Of a stretch of 32,340 nt of DNA, positions 18,452 to 27,547 are shown piece by piece (position 1 is the first letter of the stretch; each line of letters opens with the position of its first letter). This DNA is from a virus (Duplodnaviria; Caudoviricetes). The notes beneath the pieces were generated by a model. It searched no databases, had not been told where the DNA came from, and saw nothing but the letters and a program-made list of their open reading frames with translations. The stretch is from the IMG/VR virus record IMGVR_UViG_3300014656_000088, positions 1-32,340 of that record; one strand, written 5' to 3'. Position numbers and translations under genes: made by a program.

Positions 18452-20251
18452 TTATAACCCTGTCGAAAAAACTCTATACCAAACTTTTACACGGCCCACG
18501 CCATTACCCGTTATTGGATTAGCACTTGCCTTTATGGTAAGAGGTTGGTTTTCATAATCCGCTTTGGTGGCAGTAGTGATGTCGGTAGTAAGTTGTTTTA
18601 AGGTGGAAATCTTATCTGATACTGCACCCGAAATAAACGCATTCGCTGATGTGGTACTAACCGTTGCTCCTGTACCATCTGCCTTATAATTGATGGTAAT
18701 ATTGTGAGCAGTCGCAAAATCAGCCGTTCCCACATCGTGAATGACAATCGCATCTACGAAAGAGATTACTTTCCCTGCACCAGGGGCGGCAACAACCTGG
18801 ACAGGAGTTGTCAATGCCAGAATTTGGGCATTACTGAGTGAAACTTCGGCAAACCTTATCGTTCCTTCATCAAGCTTAGCCGATGTTACGGCGGCATCCA
18901 CAAGTCCTGCCGTCGGAAGGCCGGTACAACTCGTAAGCACTCCGCTTGCGGGTGTACCAAGTGCCGGAGTAACTAACGTTGGGGAAGTACCCAGAACTGG
19001 AGCACCTGTGCCAGTTGACGCTGTCCATACGGGAATTGTAGTAACTCCCGCACCCACCAATACGTAATTTGCTGTTCCAGCAGGTAAATAAGAAAGTGCA
19101 GCCGCATTCCCGTTTGACATCAAGAATGACCCTATCGCACCAGGAGCCAAGGCTGCAATCGTGTTAGCCGTTGCTGCATGGAGAACACTACCTATAACGT
19201 AGGTACTTGCAAATGTTGAAGTTGACCACGCTGGGACAAATGGAACCGCCCCAACTGTAAGTATCTGCCCGGCGGCTCCGATAGCCGTGACCCCAATGGC
19301 ACTTGTGCCATTACCATAGAGGACACCGTTGAGGGCATAAGTAGCTGCCCCTGTTCCACCAAGTGGTACTGTGACTGGTGTAAATCCAGCTGCGAGAGAA
19401 CCACCGGACAATGCGCCAACAGTGACTATACTTGACGATCCGGCCTTAACAGAGAAAGTATCGGGATCGGTGTAACCTAATACTCCTACCGTCGAGGAAT
19501 TTACTAGATAATTAGCTCCCCCTGCTACCGCCGTAGGAAGCGTCCAACTAATAGACGCCCCACTTACACCAGAAACGATGGTAAAATGGTTTGCGTTGGT
19601 GGCGTTGTGGAATATGACCGATCCTGCGGCTGCAGAACCAGTACCCAAAACTAGCGAATCTGCCGCTGTGGCATCCAACGTAGGAGCCGAAAATTTTAGA
19701 TTCGCCGTCCACCCTGATGCCGAGCTTGTTAGAGTGTTACCCTGGGCAGCCTGTGCGTAGATTACCGCTGAATCCGTCAGATAAACATGACCCCATTCAA
19801 GAGCAGCCGTACCAATGGTTGAACCTCCGGCAGCGGCTGGGGTTATAGCAGTCGTGATGGCTGGAGTAGCTAAGGTTTTGTTCGTCAGGGTTGCCGCAAA
19901 ATTATTGAATACGAAAGTGTCGTTTCCCGCCAAAAGGGGAAGGGTGACAGTCCGATCAGCAGCAAGTGCTGAGACTGCAAAAACATATTGAAAGGTACCA
20001 GCTATGTTATTGATCTGCGGAGTTGTTAATACTGTTGATGTCCATGTAGTCCCCGTGATAACAGGAGACGTCAATGTCTTATTGGTCAACGTCTGGGGAT
20101 ACGTTAAAGTAACAATATCCTGACCCTTCGTCGCCCCCTGAATGTCCATCAACTCGATAGGACTGAACCTATCGTTTATTCCGGCAGTCCCAGGCATAGT
20201 AAATGCCAGAACAGTTAAAAGCATCAAAATAAAACTAAAAGTCTTTTTCAT
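18452..20251 (-). CDS. Head fibre/decoration-like protein with N-terminal signal peptide
   Basis: Probable start ATG at 20251 (GAGGTGG RBS), MKKTFSFILMLLTVLAFTMPGTA; TLTNKTL repeats, Gly/Ala/Thr-rich fibre shaft, C-terminal jelly-roll-like domain; directly after the coat gene. Confidence 0.65.
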   Translation of the reverse strand: MKKTFSFILMLLTVLAFTMPGTAGINDRFSPIELMDIQGATKGQDIVTLTYPQTLTNKTLTSPVITGTTWTSTVLTTPQINNIAGTFQYVFAVSALAADRTVTLPLLAGNDTFVFNNFAATLTNKTLATPAITTAITPAAAGGSTIGTAALEWGHVYLTDSAVIYAQAAQGNTLTSSASGWTANLKFSAPTLDATAADSLVLGTGSAAAGSVIFHNATNANHFTIVSGVSGASISWTLPTAVAGGANYLVNSSTVGVLGYTDPDTFSVKAGSSSIVTVGALSGGSLAAGFTPVTVPLGGTGAATYALNGVLYGNGTSAIGVTAIGAAGQILTVGAVPFVPAWSTSTFASTYVIGSVLHAATANTIAALAPGAIGSFLMSNGNAAALSYLPAGTANYVLVGAGVTTIPVWTASTGTGAPVLGTSPTLVTPALGTPASGVLTSCTGLPTAGLVDAAVTSAKLDEGTIRFAEVSLSNAQILALTTPVQVVAAPGAGKVISFVDAIVIHDVGTADFATAHNITINYKADGTGATVSTTSANAFISGAVSDKISTLKQLTTDITTATKADYENQPLTIKASANPITGNGVGRVKVWYRVFSTGL

Positions 20252-20390
20252 TTTTCCACCTCTCGTTTTTATTTTAAGTGGAGGGGCGATCAAAGTTATT
20301 TGACCTGACCCCCCCGCCTCTTGATCCGCATTCACGTTGTCTGATTGCCAGAAATGCTCGGTATCAGAAAACCTGAATGATTTCAATAAC

Positions 20391-21590
20391 TCACCCCCAA
20401 AGCCTTACGCTTAGCTCCGGGTATAGGTTTTTCACTCCATAAAGAATATCGCACCGGATGATTTCCTCATCAGCGTCGATATCGTACTGCTTCACAACCC
20501 GGATGCTTATACCAGCTTCAGGATCGGTCTCTCTTGCACCCCACACACCGGAAGGCATTTCGATAGGAACAGTAACAAGCGCGAAAGCCGTGGGATGGAA
20601 GATAAGATTCTGCGGATAAACGGTATCCTCGGTCCCCAAGAAGGTTAGGGCCGCTGTCGTCAGAGGAAGTGCATCAACGTTGGAGTAAGGGTTTGTGGCG
20701 CCATAAACAATAGTCGGAGAGATCGCAATGGTCATATCTGCGACAGTATCCACATTATCTGCCGTCACGGTGAACTGCCTTAATTCGCCAGTAGATACAC
20801 CGGACATCGGGTTGACAGCATAAACCCCGGCGATGGTGAAAACATCTCCCTTCTTCACGGTATTTGCTCCACTCCAGCCATTCGTGACAACCGAGGTGGC
20901 ACCGGTAAGGGTTGCACCATTCATCAAAGGGGTTGCTCCAGAAGTAAAGTGTCCCGTGGTGTGACGACCCACGTTCTGGTCCATGTAGAGAGCCAAATTC
21001 GCAATCTGACCAAGAAATCCCTTGGTGATGATATTCTTCGCCACGTTCTGAGCAAAGGTCCCTTTGAGACCGTCAGCCAATGCCCAGTGAGCATCGGGAT
21101 CTAAAATACCAACCCTCATGTCAGAAGGCACTGCTTCCTTATCAAGCCTTTTCTGCCCATTTCCCAAAGACAGAAAAGTCGCAGGAGTCACTCCGGGAGT
21201 ACCAACGGAGTTGTAAACGCCCTGATAAAGACCACACAAATCATAATCAACCTGATTTGCGAGGGCCGCGGCAGCGGGAGCAATGTACCGCTTGCTGTAT
21301 TGCTCGATGGTCTGGGTTAGCTCTACCGAACTGAATGCCCAAGACACATGGGCCTGGGTAGACATCACGATAGAGGTGCTGGGTTCGGCAAGATTCGTGT
21401 TTGATCGTGCCTGGGCCTTAGTTGCCCTGAACTTATTTGGTTTGCGAATCGTGATGGTATTTCCTACCTTCACAAACTCATTCTTATAGGCAGTATGGAC
21501 ATGCCTTGACATTGCCATACTGTTGATTAACTGCATCAATGTCTCTTTGGCGATAATCGTTGGGGTTAAAAGCACATTCGTCGAAGCCAT
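20391..21590 (-). CDS. Major capsid protein (P22 coat-like)
   Basis: N.LLTP.II.KE.L, KVG.TITIRKP, YIAPA..LANQVD, GDVFTIAGV.AVNP, RCDILYG..PEL..R.WG. Confidence 0.93.
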   Translation of the reverse strand: MASTNVLLTPTIIAKETLMQLINSMAMSRHVHTAYKNEFVKVGNTITIRKPNKFRATKAQARSNTNLAEPSTSIVMSTQAHVSWAFSSVELTQTIEQYSKRYIAPAAAALANQVDYDLCGLYQGVYNSVGTPGVTPATFLSLGNGQKRLDKEAVPSDMRVGILDPDAHWALADGLKGTFAQNVAKNIITKGFLGQIANLALYMDQNVGRHTTGHFTSGATPLMNGATLTGATSVVTNGWSGANTVKKGDVFTIAGVYAVNPMSGVSTGELRQFTVTADNVDTVADMTIAISPTIVYGATNPYSNVDALPLTTAALTFLGTEDTVYPQNLIFHPTAFALVTVPIEMPSGVWGARETDPEAGISIRVVKQYDIDADEEIIRCDILYGVKNLYPELSVRLWG

Positions 21591-21602
21591 GATTTTTTCT
21601 CC

Positions 21603-22544
21603 TTATTTTTGTTTTTCCCGCCATTCCCTATATTCCTGTGGGGTCATATCGTTCGGATCACGTTCTGTGACACCAGTGGTTTTCACCGGAGTTATAGGTT
21701 CTGGCGCTTTGGTTGTTTTTTTGGTTGGTGGTGTTGGAGGCGGAGCATTAATCTTCGCCTCTATCTTCCCTAACTCATGAGCGACTTTGAGCGGAGATAA
21801 TCCAGCAATATCAGCGGCCTCTTCTGGGTGCTTTCCGAGATAATACAAGACATCTTCTGCGGTATCAGAAAAGAGAATTGCTTCAACCATCGCCTCAGAA
21901 ATCTTGAGTTCTTTGTCAAGGACGAGTTCGTTAAAATCAGCATATTTTGTGCGTCCTTTTCCCATTTTCTCATCAAGTTCCTGATAGGTTTCGTCAATTG
22001 CTTTCTTTTCTTCTGCCGATTCGGTTTCCTTTGAGACTTTTTCACTTTCTACCTTGAACTTTTGTTCAACTTTCCAATCAGCAAGAGCTTCAAGGTAATC
22101 TGCTTCTGTCTCAAAGTTCTCCAACTTTGGTTTTTCTCCAAGCGGAGTAACACTCTTGGCCTTCTTCAACTCTTCCTCAAGTTCCATACGTTTTGTGCGC
22201 TCGTAGTCTCGTTCGCGTTCAGCGTCTCTCCTTTTTCTCGTAATCTCATCAATCCTGCGCTGAACTGGGTCTTTCTCTTTTGGTTTTTCTTCAACCTTTT
22301 TAGGCAGAGGTTCTTCGGAAGGTTTTTCTTCGGGAGCCTCTTTCTTCTCTTCCTTCTTCTCTGTTTTGGGAATGACCGGAGTTTCCCTTTCTTCTTGTTC
22401 GGTCTTCGCTACTTCGTCTGTCGATTCTGGGAGCGGTGATATTGAAGTCACCGAAAGATTGTTAGGGTCGTCAACCTCGTTACGAATCACGGGGATGATA
22501 GCGACATCCTCAATCTTTTTTTCTTCAACTGTTTTTTCTGTCAT
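21603..22544 (-). CDS. Capsid scaffolding protein
   Basis: Acidic, helical; VQRRIDEITRKRR, YYLGKHPEEA..I, APEPI.PV, M...EYREWR tail; immediately upstream of the coat gene. Confidence 0.88.
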   Translation of the reverse strand: MTEKTVEEKKIEDVAIIPVIRNEVDDPNNLSVTSISPLPESTDEVAKTEQEERETPVIPKTEKKEEKKEAPEEKPSEEPLPKKVEEKPKEKDPVQRRIDEITRKRRDAERERDYERTKRMELEEELKKAKSVTPLGEKPKLENFETEADYLEALADWKVEQKFKVESEKVSKETESAEEKKAIDETYQELDEKMGKGRTKYADFNELVLDKELKISEAMVEAILFSDTAEDVLYYLGKHPEEAADIAGLSPLKVAHELGKIEAKINAPPPTPPTKKTTKAPEPITPVKTTGVTERDPNDMTPQEYREWREKQK

Positions 22545-22601
22545 CTTCGCGCCCCTCCTGAGAGCGATGCCTTGAGTCCGTCAAGTCGGGTTTAGGTTAA
22601 T

Positions 22602-22665
22602 AAAAAAGGGCAATCACCCGATTTTTACATCGGATAATTGCCCCTCTTATTACGATAAAGGCGTT
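22602..22665 (-). promoter_or_regulatory. Leader attenuator copy 3 (divergent) upstream of scaffold/coat
   Basis: ACGCCUUUAU..AUAAGAGGGGCAAU..long stem..AUUGCCCUUUUUU; the GCC/GGC antiterminator overlaps the terminator 5' arm. Confidence 0.6.
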
Positions 22666-22683
22666 ACAACCTATATTTTAGTT

Positions 22684-22842
22684 TTAGGTACTCATAACAA
22701 TGTCCTCAACGTCGTTAGTCTCTTTCTTTTTTGGGACTCCATGAGCAAAGTGAAAAACCAACTTCCCATGAAACTTCTCGTCAACCTCCTTGATAACAAT
22801 GGTGGTCTTCTTATCTCCACTTTGGAATAAAATCTTATTCAT
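22684..22842 (-). CDS. Small 52-aa protein, DUF2292/YezD-like
   Basis: Below the ORF-track cutoff; MNKILFQSGDKKTTIVIKEVDEKFHGKLVFHFAHGVPKKKETNDVEDIVMST; FxGK(L)xxxFxxG pattern. Confidence 0.5.
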   Translation of the reverse strand: MNKILFQSGDKKTTIVIKEVDEKFHGKLVFHFAHGVPKKKETNDVEDIVMST

Positions 22843-22858
22843 TTCTTGCTTCCACTCT

Positions 22859-23323
22859 TTATATCGGTTTTTCTTTATAATCTGGTGATAGAATTTTCCC
22901 TTTTAAACATACCTCATTAATGCGTGTATAATCATCTATTTCGTCTTCGTTCGCATGAATAAGTTCATCGAGTGCTTCTGATAACTGATTTATATATGTA
23001 TTTTTCTTCCCTTCCGTCACATCTCTTATATTTTGAGATTCTACCTCTCCTTGTAATGTTAAATCGGCCTCGACAACCTCATTACAATCATGAGACATCC
23101 CTTTTATAAATTCCCATCCAAAAATTATTCGTTTGCCAGCATAAGGTGGTGGAAATGGGTTTCCTTTAAATAGGATCGCCATGACAAGATATGCAAGGCC
23201 ACTTTGAAAACTATCGGTGTCAATATCATATCCCCGTCTTTTTTTGATTACCGGTAAAGAAAACACCATCGTTGTCCGTTCCGCATTAGGTCTTTTTATA
23301 CTATTTAGATGGAAACCAAACAT
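22859..23323 (-). CDS. Hypothetical protein
   Basis: 154-aa ORF in operon orientation, GGAGG upstream. Confidence 0.6.
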   Translation of the reverse strand: MFGFHLNSIKRPNAERTTMVFSLPVIKKRRGYDIDTDSFQSGLAYLVMAILFKGNPFPPPYAGKRIIFGWEFIKGMSHDCNEVVEADLTLQGEVESQNIRDVTEGKKNTYINQLSEALDELIHANEDEIDDYTRINEVCLKGKILSPDYKEKPI

Positions 23324-23325
23324 AT

Positions 23326-23616
23326 TTATTTCCTCCCTTTCTTTTTCGCTCTGGCCGCACGAACCACAGCAGGGCTTCCGCCCATAACGGCATCACGTAG
23401 GGCATTACCAGTAACCTTGTAAGGAAGGTCTTTCCCTTTGGCCTCTGCGGAATGACTTTTTAATTCCTTCATGGTCATCCCTGCGGCCATCTCCTTTGAG
23501 GCTCCATTTAGTTTCGACATCGGGATGTCCCCTTTCCTTGCGGCTAAAGCAATATTGCCTGCTATCGTTTGGGCTTTGCTCATATAAGGTGTGTGTGCTC
23601 GATGTTTTCCTGGCAT
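23326..23616 (-). CDS. DUF3008-like small basic protein
   Basis: SKAQ..AG.ALAARKG..SKL.GASKEM..M..KEL pattern; probable start MPGKH at 23616 with GGAG RBS. Confidence 0.7.
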   Translation of the reverse strand: MPGKHRAHTPYMSKAQTIAGNIALAARKGDIPMSKLNGASKEMAAGMTMKELKSHSAEAKGKDLPYKVTGNALRDAVMGGSPAVVRAARAKKKGRK

Positions 23617-23617
23617 G

Positions 23618-25603
23618 TTATTCTCCATAGGTTCCAGGGGCGACTTCTGGGGTTATTGGTTCACCTTCCGCCTTCCCTGGTATCGGAAACATTTCTTTAA
23701 CTATCTCCCCAATCACTTGACGCATCTTTTCTTTGCCGGTGGTATCCTTGATCAGATTGTCAATCTGCAACCCCTCAAGTTTCACCTTTTCCTGTTCAAT
23801 CTTTATCTGAAGTTCCTGAAGTTTTAACTCAGCTTCCTGTAGTTTGGCCTCCAATAATGGATCAGGAGGGGGAGCGGGCGGTTCGGGAGGTGGAGACCCC
23901 CGCTCGCCAGTCTCGGCATCCTCCTGAGCTTTCTTTGCTTTTAGTTCGGGCGGGAGCAAGAATTCTAACCTTTTCGCCATTTCAGTAGCGCCCGGCCAAT
24001 CCATGGACTTCGCATACAGGTCCCCGATTAAAGGCGCAGCCTCGGGATAATACTGAATAAACTCGGCCATAGACTGTCTGGCCTCTGTTCTTTGCGTAGT
24101 GAAGGATGGCCCTACCGTAACAACAACATCGTAAGTCCCTATAGACAGGTCGTTTACAATTGGTCCTTCGGGACCAGTTTCGAGATTTACTGCCTCAAAC
24201 TTTTGTAATCCGCCCTCCAACCCCAATCTGACAATCCGTTCCGTATCTAGGACTCCCGGAGCTACATCAACCAATACCCGCCCAAGATGCTCGATGGACC
24301 TAGCAAGGTTATCGATAAAGGCAAATGTCCCTACATCCCCTTCCTTTTTCCGCTCTTGGATGGCAACTCCAGACCTCTCATTGCTCTGCATTCCGAGAGA
24401 TGCCTTTTGCAATCCCATCGTATCCCTGATCTCCTGGTCTGCCCCTTGGATCTTCTCCACCATGGCAGAGGAGACTTGGGGCGGAGCTTCACGGTGGGGC
24501 CAACCAGGGGCATTTGCGTCCGTGTTTACCAGTAAATATGGGAAGTTTTTCCGATGCGCCTCTTTCCATTGTGCTTCGTGACCGGCTACTTGTTTTGGGG
24601 TAGCAAGATAAGGGGTCTTTGGAGCCAATGCCACCGTCTCGGTATCGCAGGAATTCCAATAATTATACATTCGCTGCGGGTCCTTAGCGTTTCGGATTAA
24701 CCCCCTGACCTTACGCTTACCTCCAACATTAAGTTCTTTCCCCCAAATAGGAATAATGGGGATGTACTTCTTTCCAACCCAATCCTTTTCGTCCAGAACT
24801 TTGTTCCCTGATAAAAGATACCACTTGATTTTATAACCATTGACCTTGCGCTTTTTTGCTTCAACGGTTCCGGGTTCCAAGTTCTCAACAATACTTCCAT
24901 CATCCAACTGATAGATTGTTTTAGTAACGGGTTCTTTAACAAAATATTCGGCAAGTCTAACGGTGTTTGCACTACACCAACCCTCCACATACTGACTGTC
25001 TGCTGTATTAAACGGCATTGCCTCAATGCCATATGTTTCTCTAAATTCCTCTCTGTCCATATCGGTGATGATGATACAATATTGAGCATCGGAGCAATCG
25101 TACTCCGAATGTTTCCCCCAACAGATAGCCAGAGCATTGTCAATTTTCTTAATACGCGCATCCTGGTCAAACGAATCATCACTTACAAACTCCGTAACAA
25201 CCCTTAAGGCTCCATACCCACAAGCTACTGCGTGCTCAAATCCATGGTCTATCGCAATGTCCGCCTTAGAGACCTGTTGGACATGCTTAATCCAACCCCC
25301 TAAGATTTCCGCTATTCCTATGTCGGCCTTGTCATCTACAGGAATGACTTTAATTGAAGGTCGATTCATTCGCTGATCGCCAACAACCTGATCAATAAAT
25401 GTCGGCATCTTATTTGTAGTTATGCAGGGTCTCCCGTCTGCTTCTCGTTCTGCCCGAATCGCGGCAGGCCACTGTGCACCCTCGATCCCGATAAATTCCA
25501 GATCCTCTAGGGCAAGCTTGCGGTTTTCGTAATCTTCATCCATCGCCTTCTTTAAACGATCCCGCACTTCCATGAGAATCTTTTGTTCTTCTGTCTCTTT
25601 CAT
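23618..25603 (-). CDS. Portal protein (P22-like)
   Basis: DLEF..G.QWP..R..GRPC.T.NK..F..QV.G..R.NRP; IP..G; KDPQRMYNYW; SGVAI..R; G.YDV.V.VGPS..T.R.EA. Probable start is the ATG at 25603. Confidence 0.95.
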   Translation of the reverse strand: MKETEEQKILMEVRDRLKKAMDEDYENRKLALEDLEFIGIEGAQWPAAIRAEREADGRPCITTNKMPTFIDQVVGDQRMNRPSIKVIPVDDKADIGIAEILGGWIKHVQQVSKADIAIDHGFEHAVACGYGALRVVTEFVSDDSFDQDARIKKIDNALAICWGKHSEYDCSDAQYCIIITDMDREEFRETYGIEAMPFNTADSQYVEGWCSANTVRLAEYFVKEPVTKTIYQLDDGSIVENLEPGTVEAKKRKVNGYKIKWYLLSGNKVLDEKDWVGKKYIPIIPIWGKELNVGGKRKVRGLIRNAKDPQRMYNYWNSCDTETVALAPKTPYLATPKQVAGHEAQWKEAHRKNFPYLLVNTDANAPGWPHREAPPQVSSAMVEKIQGADQEIRDTMGLQKASLGMQSNERSGVAIQERKKEGDVGTFAFIDNLARSIEHLGRVLVDVAPGVLDTERIVRLGLEGGLQKFEAVNLETGPEGPIVNDLSIGTYDVVVTVGPSFTTQRTEARQSMAEFIQYYPEAAPLIGDLYAKSMDWPGATEMAKRLEFLLPPELKAKKAQEDAETGERGSPPPEPPAPPPDPLLEAKLQEAELKLQELQIKIEQEKVKLEGLQIDNLIKDTTGKEKMRQVIGEIVKEMFPIPGKAEGEPITPEVAPGTYGE

Positions 25604-25623
25604 CAATCCACCCTGCTTGAAAT

Positions 25624-25696
25624 AAAAAAAGGCCACGATAGAATTTCTCCTAAAGTGGCCTTGTGTTCTCGTGTACCGTCTTGAGATTTAGGCGGT
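25624..25696 (-). promoter_or_regulatory. Leader attenuator copy 2 upstream of portal
   Basis: CCGCCUAAAUCUC..GAGAACACAAGGCCAC..GGAGAAAU..GUGGCCUUUUUUU. Confidence 0.7.
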
Positions 25697-25704
25697 TTAA
25701 ATAA

Positions 25705-25860
25705 TTATTTTAACTCTTTCTGCAATTTCCGCTCAAATCCTTTTAGCATTTTCAATATATCAATGACAACATTCCTTGGAATCTTGACAGATTCTTCCTT
25801 ATTAAGGATACCATCTTTTTCAGAAATGTCAAGGGGCTTCTTGTAAGTGGTCCCTACCAT
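25705..25860 (-). CDS. Small 51-aa hypothetical protein
   Basis: MVGTTYKKPLDISEKDGILNKEESVKIPRNVVIDILKMLKGFERKLQKELK; start overlaps the DUF551 stop and the ORF ends just before the attenuator. Confidence 0.4.
   Translation of the reverse strand: MVGTTYKKPLDISEKDGILNKEESVKIPRNVVIDILKMLKGFERKLQKELK
25805..25832 (-). promoter_or_regulatory. sigma70-like promoter upstream of the portal attenuator
   Basis: TTGACA, 16-nt spacer ending in TGG, then TATCCT. Confidence 0.45.
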
Positions 25861-26063
25861 GTCCTGCCTTTGTCATCAAGGGGAGGATTTGGTAATGGCA
25901 TCCAGTGTGTTAAATATTTTATTTTAGTGGCTGTAACTGGCTCTATCAATGAACCGTCTGACCAACACAGACATGTCATACCTTTTTGTTCCTCGGATCT
26001 TACAGCATAACCTAAAAATACACTTCCATCTTTAGGGGCCGTTTCAATCTTTTGCCATTCCAT
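25854..26063 (-). CDS. DUF551-like phage protein
   Basis: MEWQKIETAPKDG...THWMPLP.PP. Confidence 0.85.
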   Translation of the reverse strand: MEWQKIETAPKDGSVFLGYAVRSEEQKGMTCLCWSDGSLIEPVTATKIKYLTHWMPLPNPPLDDKGRTW

Positions 26064-26077
26064 TTTCTTTCCTCCCC

Positions 26078-27547
26078 CTACCCCCCCAAATAACTCAACC
26101 CGCCCGAAACATAATCTCTCCGCAACTTCCCGAAAGGCATCGCTATGACTTTTGCTTGATAACCTTGTGCGAAGATACGAAATGCATCGGCTCCATGAAT
26201 AGCAAAATTTTCTAAAGCTTTTTTGCTGAGAGTTTCGGTTTCTTCATTCCATTCAGAACGATAAGACTCTAAACATAAAATTCCCTTAGCACATTTTTTT
26301 TCACCAAACACGCATTGTGGGAGTATATTCCTTCCCATTTCAATAGCATTTAATACGGCTTGGGTATCTTTCGCTCGCGCGACTGTTAAAATCGGCTCAA
26401 TGCCAAGGTTCTCAGCAATCTGTTTTGTGGTTAAAGCAACATCCGTATCTCCGTGTAAGGAACGTTTTTCAACATCATGAGGCATATAATGATCCCCGTA
26501 GACATAATCTTTTTCTTTTATAATCTTGGCATAATGGACCATTCCCATCCCCGTATTTTCATAATAATCAATAAATCTATACTCTCGACCAATTTGCTGC
26601 ATGAACCATATGGCTGTTGCATCTCTTACACCTAAATCCCAAAAAGTATATACTTCATATCCTGGGGACCAGGGAACAATACATATTCTACCTTCCTTCC
26701 TAGCATCTGCCATTTGCTTTGCGTAGTAGACGCCCATAATATTTCTATCGGTAATGGCTTCCTCTTCGTTCTCTGGGTAGTTCTCGTTGACATCCCGCTC
26801 GGTCATCCCAGAAGCAATCATCTGAGGTTTAAAATCTTCCGCTCTGTCGGGGTGAGCACTCCAGGGGAGGAATATCCGTTTAAACTTATTCAACCCCCGC
26901 ATTGCCGAAATATACAAGTCACGGGTCCAATACCAGCCGGCACCTTCCTTAATGGCATTCGAGACAACAATAACCTGCCCCTTGGACTGCTCAATCCCAG
27001 GGTAAGAAGCATTAAAAATAGCCTTTGCCATACGGTTTTTGCAGGTTTCGTCCATTATCAGAAGGTTCGGAGTCTTTGATTGTGCCCCCATCTCGGTAGT
27101 GGGCAAGCTCTTTATCGTACTGACCAACCCCTCGGCGTGCTGAAACTCCAATATTTGCTTTGTACGGGACTTTATGGGAGGCTTTAACCACACCGGTAGG
27201 CGATCCATGATAAAATAGACACGCTCTAAAAACTCAATGCTCAATTCTTCCGTCACCGAAATAACAACCGCCAGATACAACTGATTTCTCATGATTTGCC
27301 ACAAGACATACATGGCAACGAGCCAGGTTAACCCCAACTGGCGGGCCTTGAGGACAATCAGAAGCATCGCCTCTACAATAACTGGAATAATCTTCACCTG
27401 CTCCGGCCAAAGTTTGATTTTTATCGCAGTATGCGACTCCTTATCCTCAATGAACACATACTCATTGATAAAATAAGAAAATGAGTCAATCACCTTCTTA
27501 CATTCCTTGACTTTTTGCTCAAGGGTTAGTTCTGGTTTATCTTTCAT
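26078..27547 (-). CDS. terL: Terminase large subunit
   Basis: Walker A region LKARQLGLT, Walker B LLIMDE, RNase H-like nuclease FWDLG..DATAIW, MPHD, HGADAFR; upstream of portal. Confidence 0.93.
   Translation of the reverse strand: MKDKPELTLEQKVKECKKVIDSFSYFINEYVFIEDKESHTAIKIKLWPEQVKIIPVIVEAMLLIVLKARQLGLTWLVAMYVLWQIMRNQLYLAVVISVTEELSIEFLERVYFIMDRLPVWLKPPIKSRTKQILEFQHAEGLVSTIKSLPTTEMGAQSKTPNLLIMDETCKNRMAKAIFNASYPGIEQSKGQVIVVSNAIKEGAGWYWTRDLYISAMRGLNKFKRIFLPWSAHPDRAEDFKPQMIASGMTERDVNENYPENEEEAITDRNIMGVYYAKQMADARKEGRICIVPWSPGYEVYTFWDLGVRDATAIWFMQQIGREYRFIDYYENTGMGMVHYAKIIKEKDYVYGDHYMPHDVEKRSLHGDTDVALTTKQIAENLGIEPILTVARAKDTQAVLNAIEMGRNILPQCVFGEKKCAKGILCLESYRSEWNEETETLSKKALENFAIHGADAFRIFAQGYQAKVIAMPFGKLRRDYVSGGLSYLGG

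Noticed and set aside
20252-20386. TTG start at 20386 for the 644-aa ORF
   Set aside because: The ATG at 20251 has a clear RBS and begins a signal peptide; the upstream part is kept only as a possible frameshift linker
25604-25636. GTG start of portal (MAFFYFK...)
   Set aside because: It lies within the terminator stem and U tract; the ATG at 25603 is more plausible
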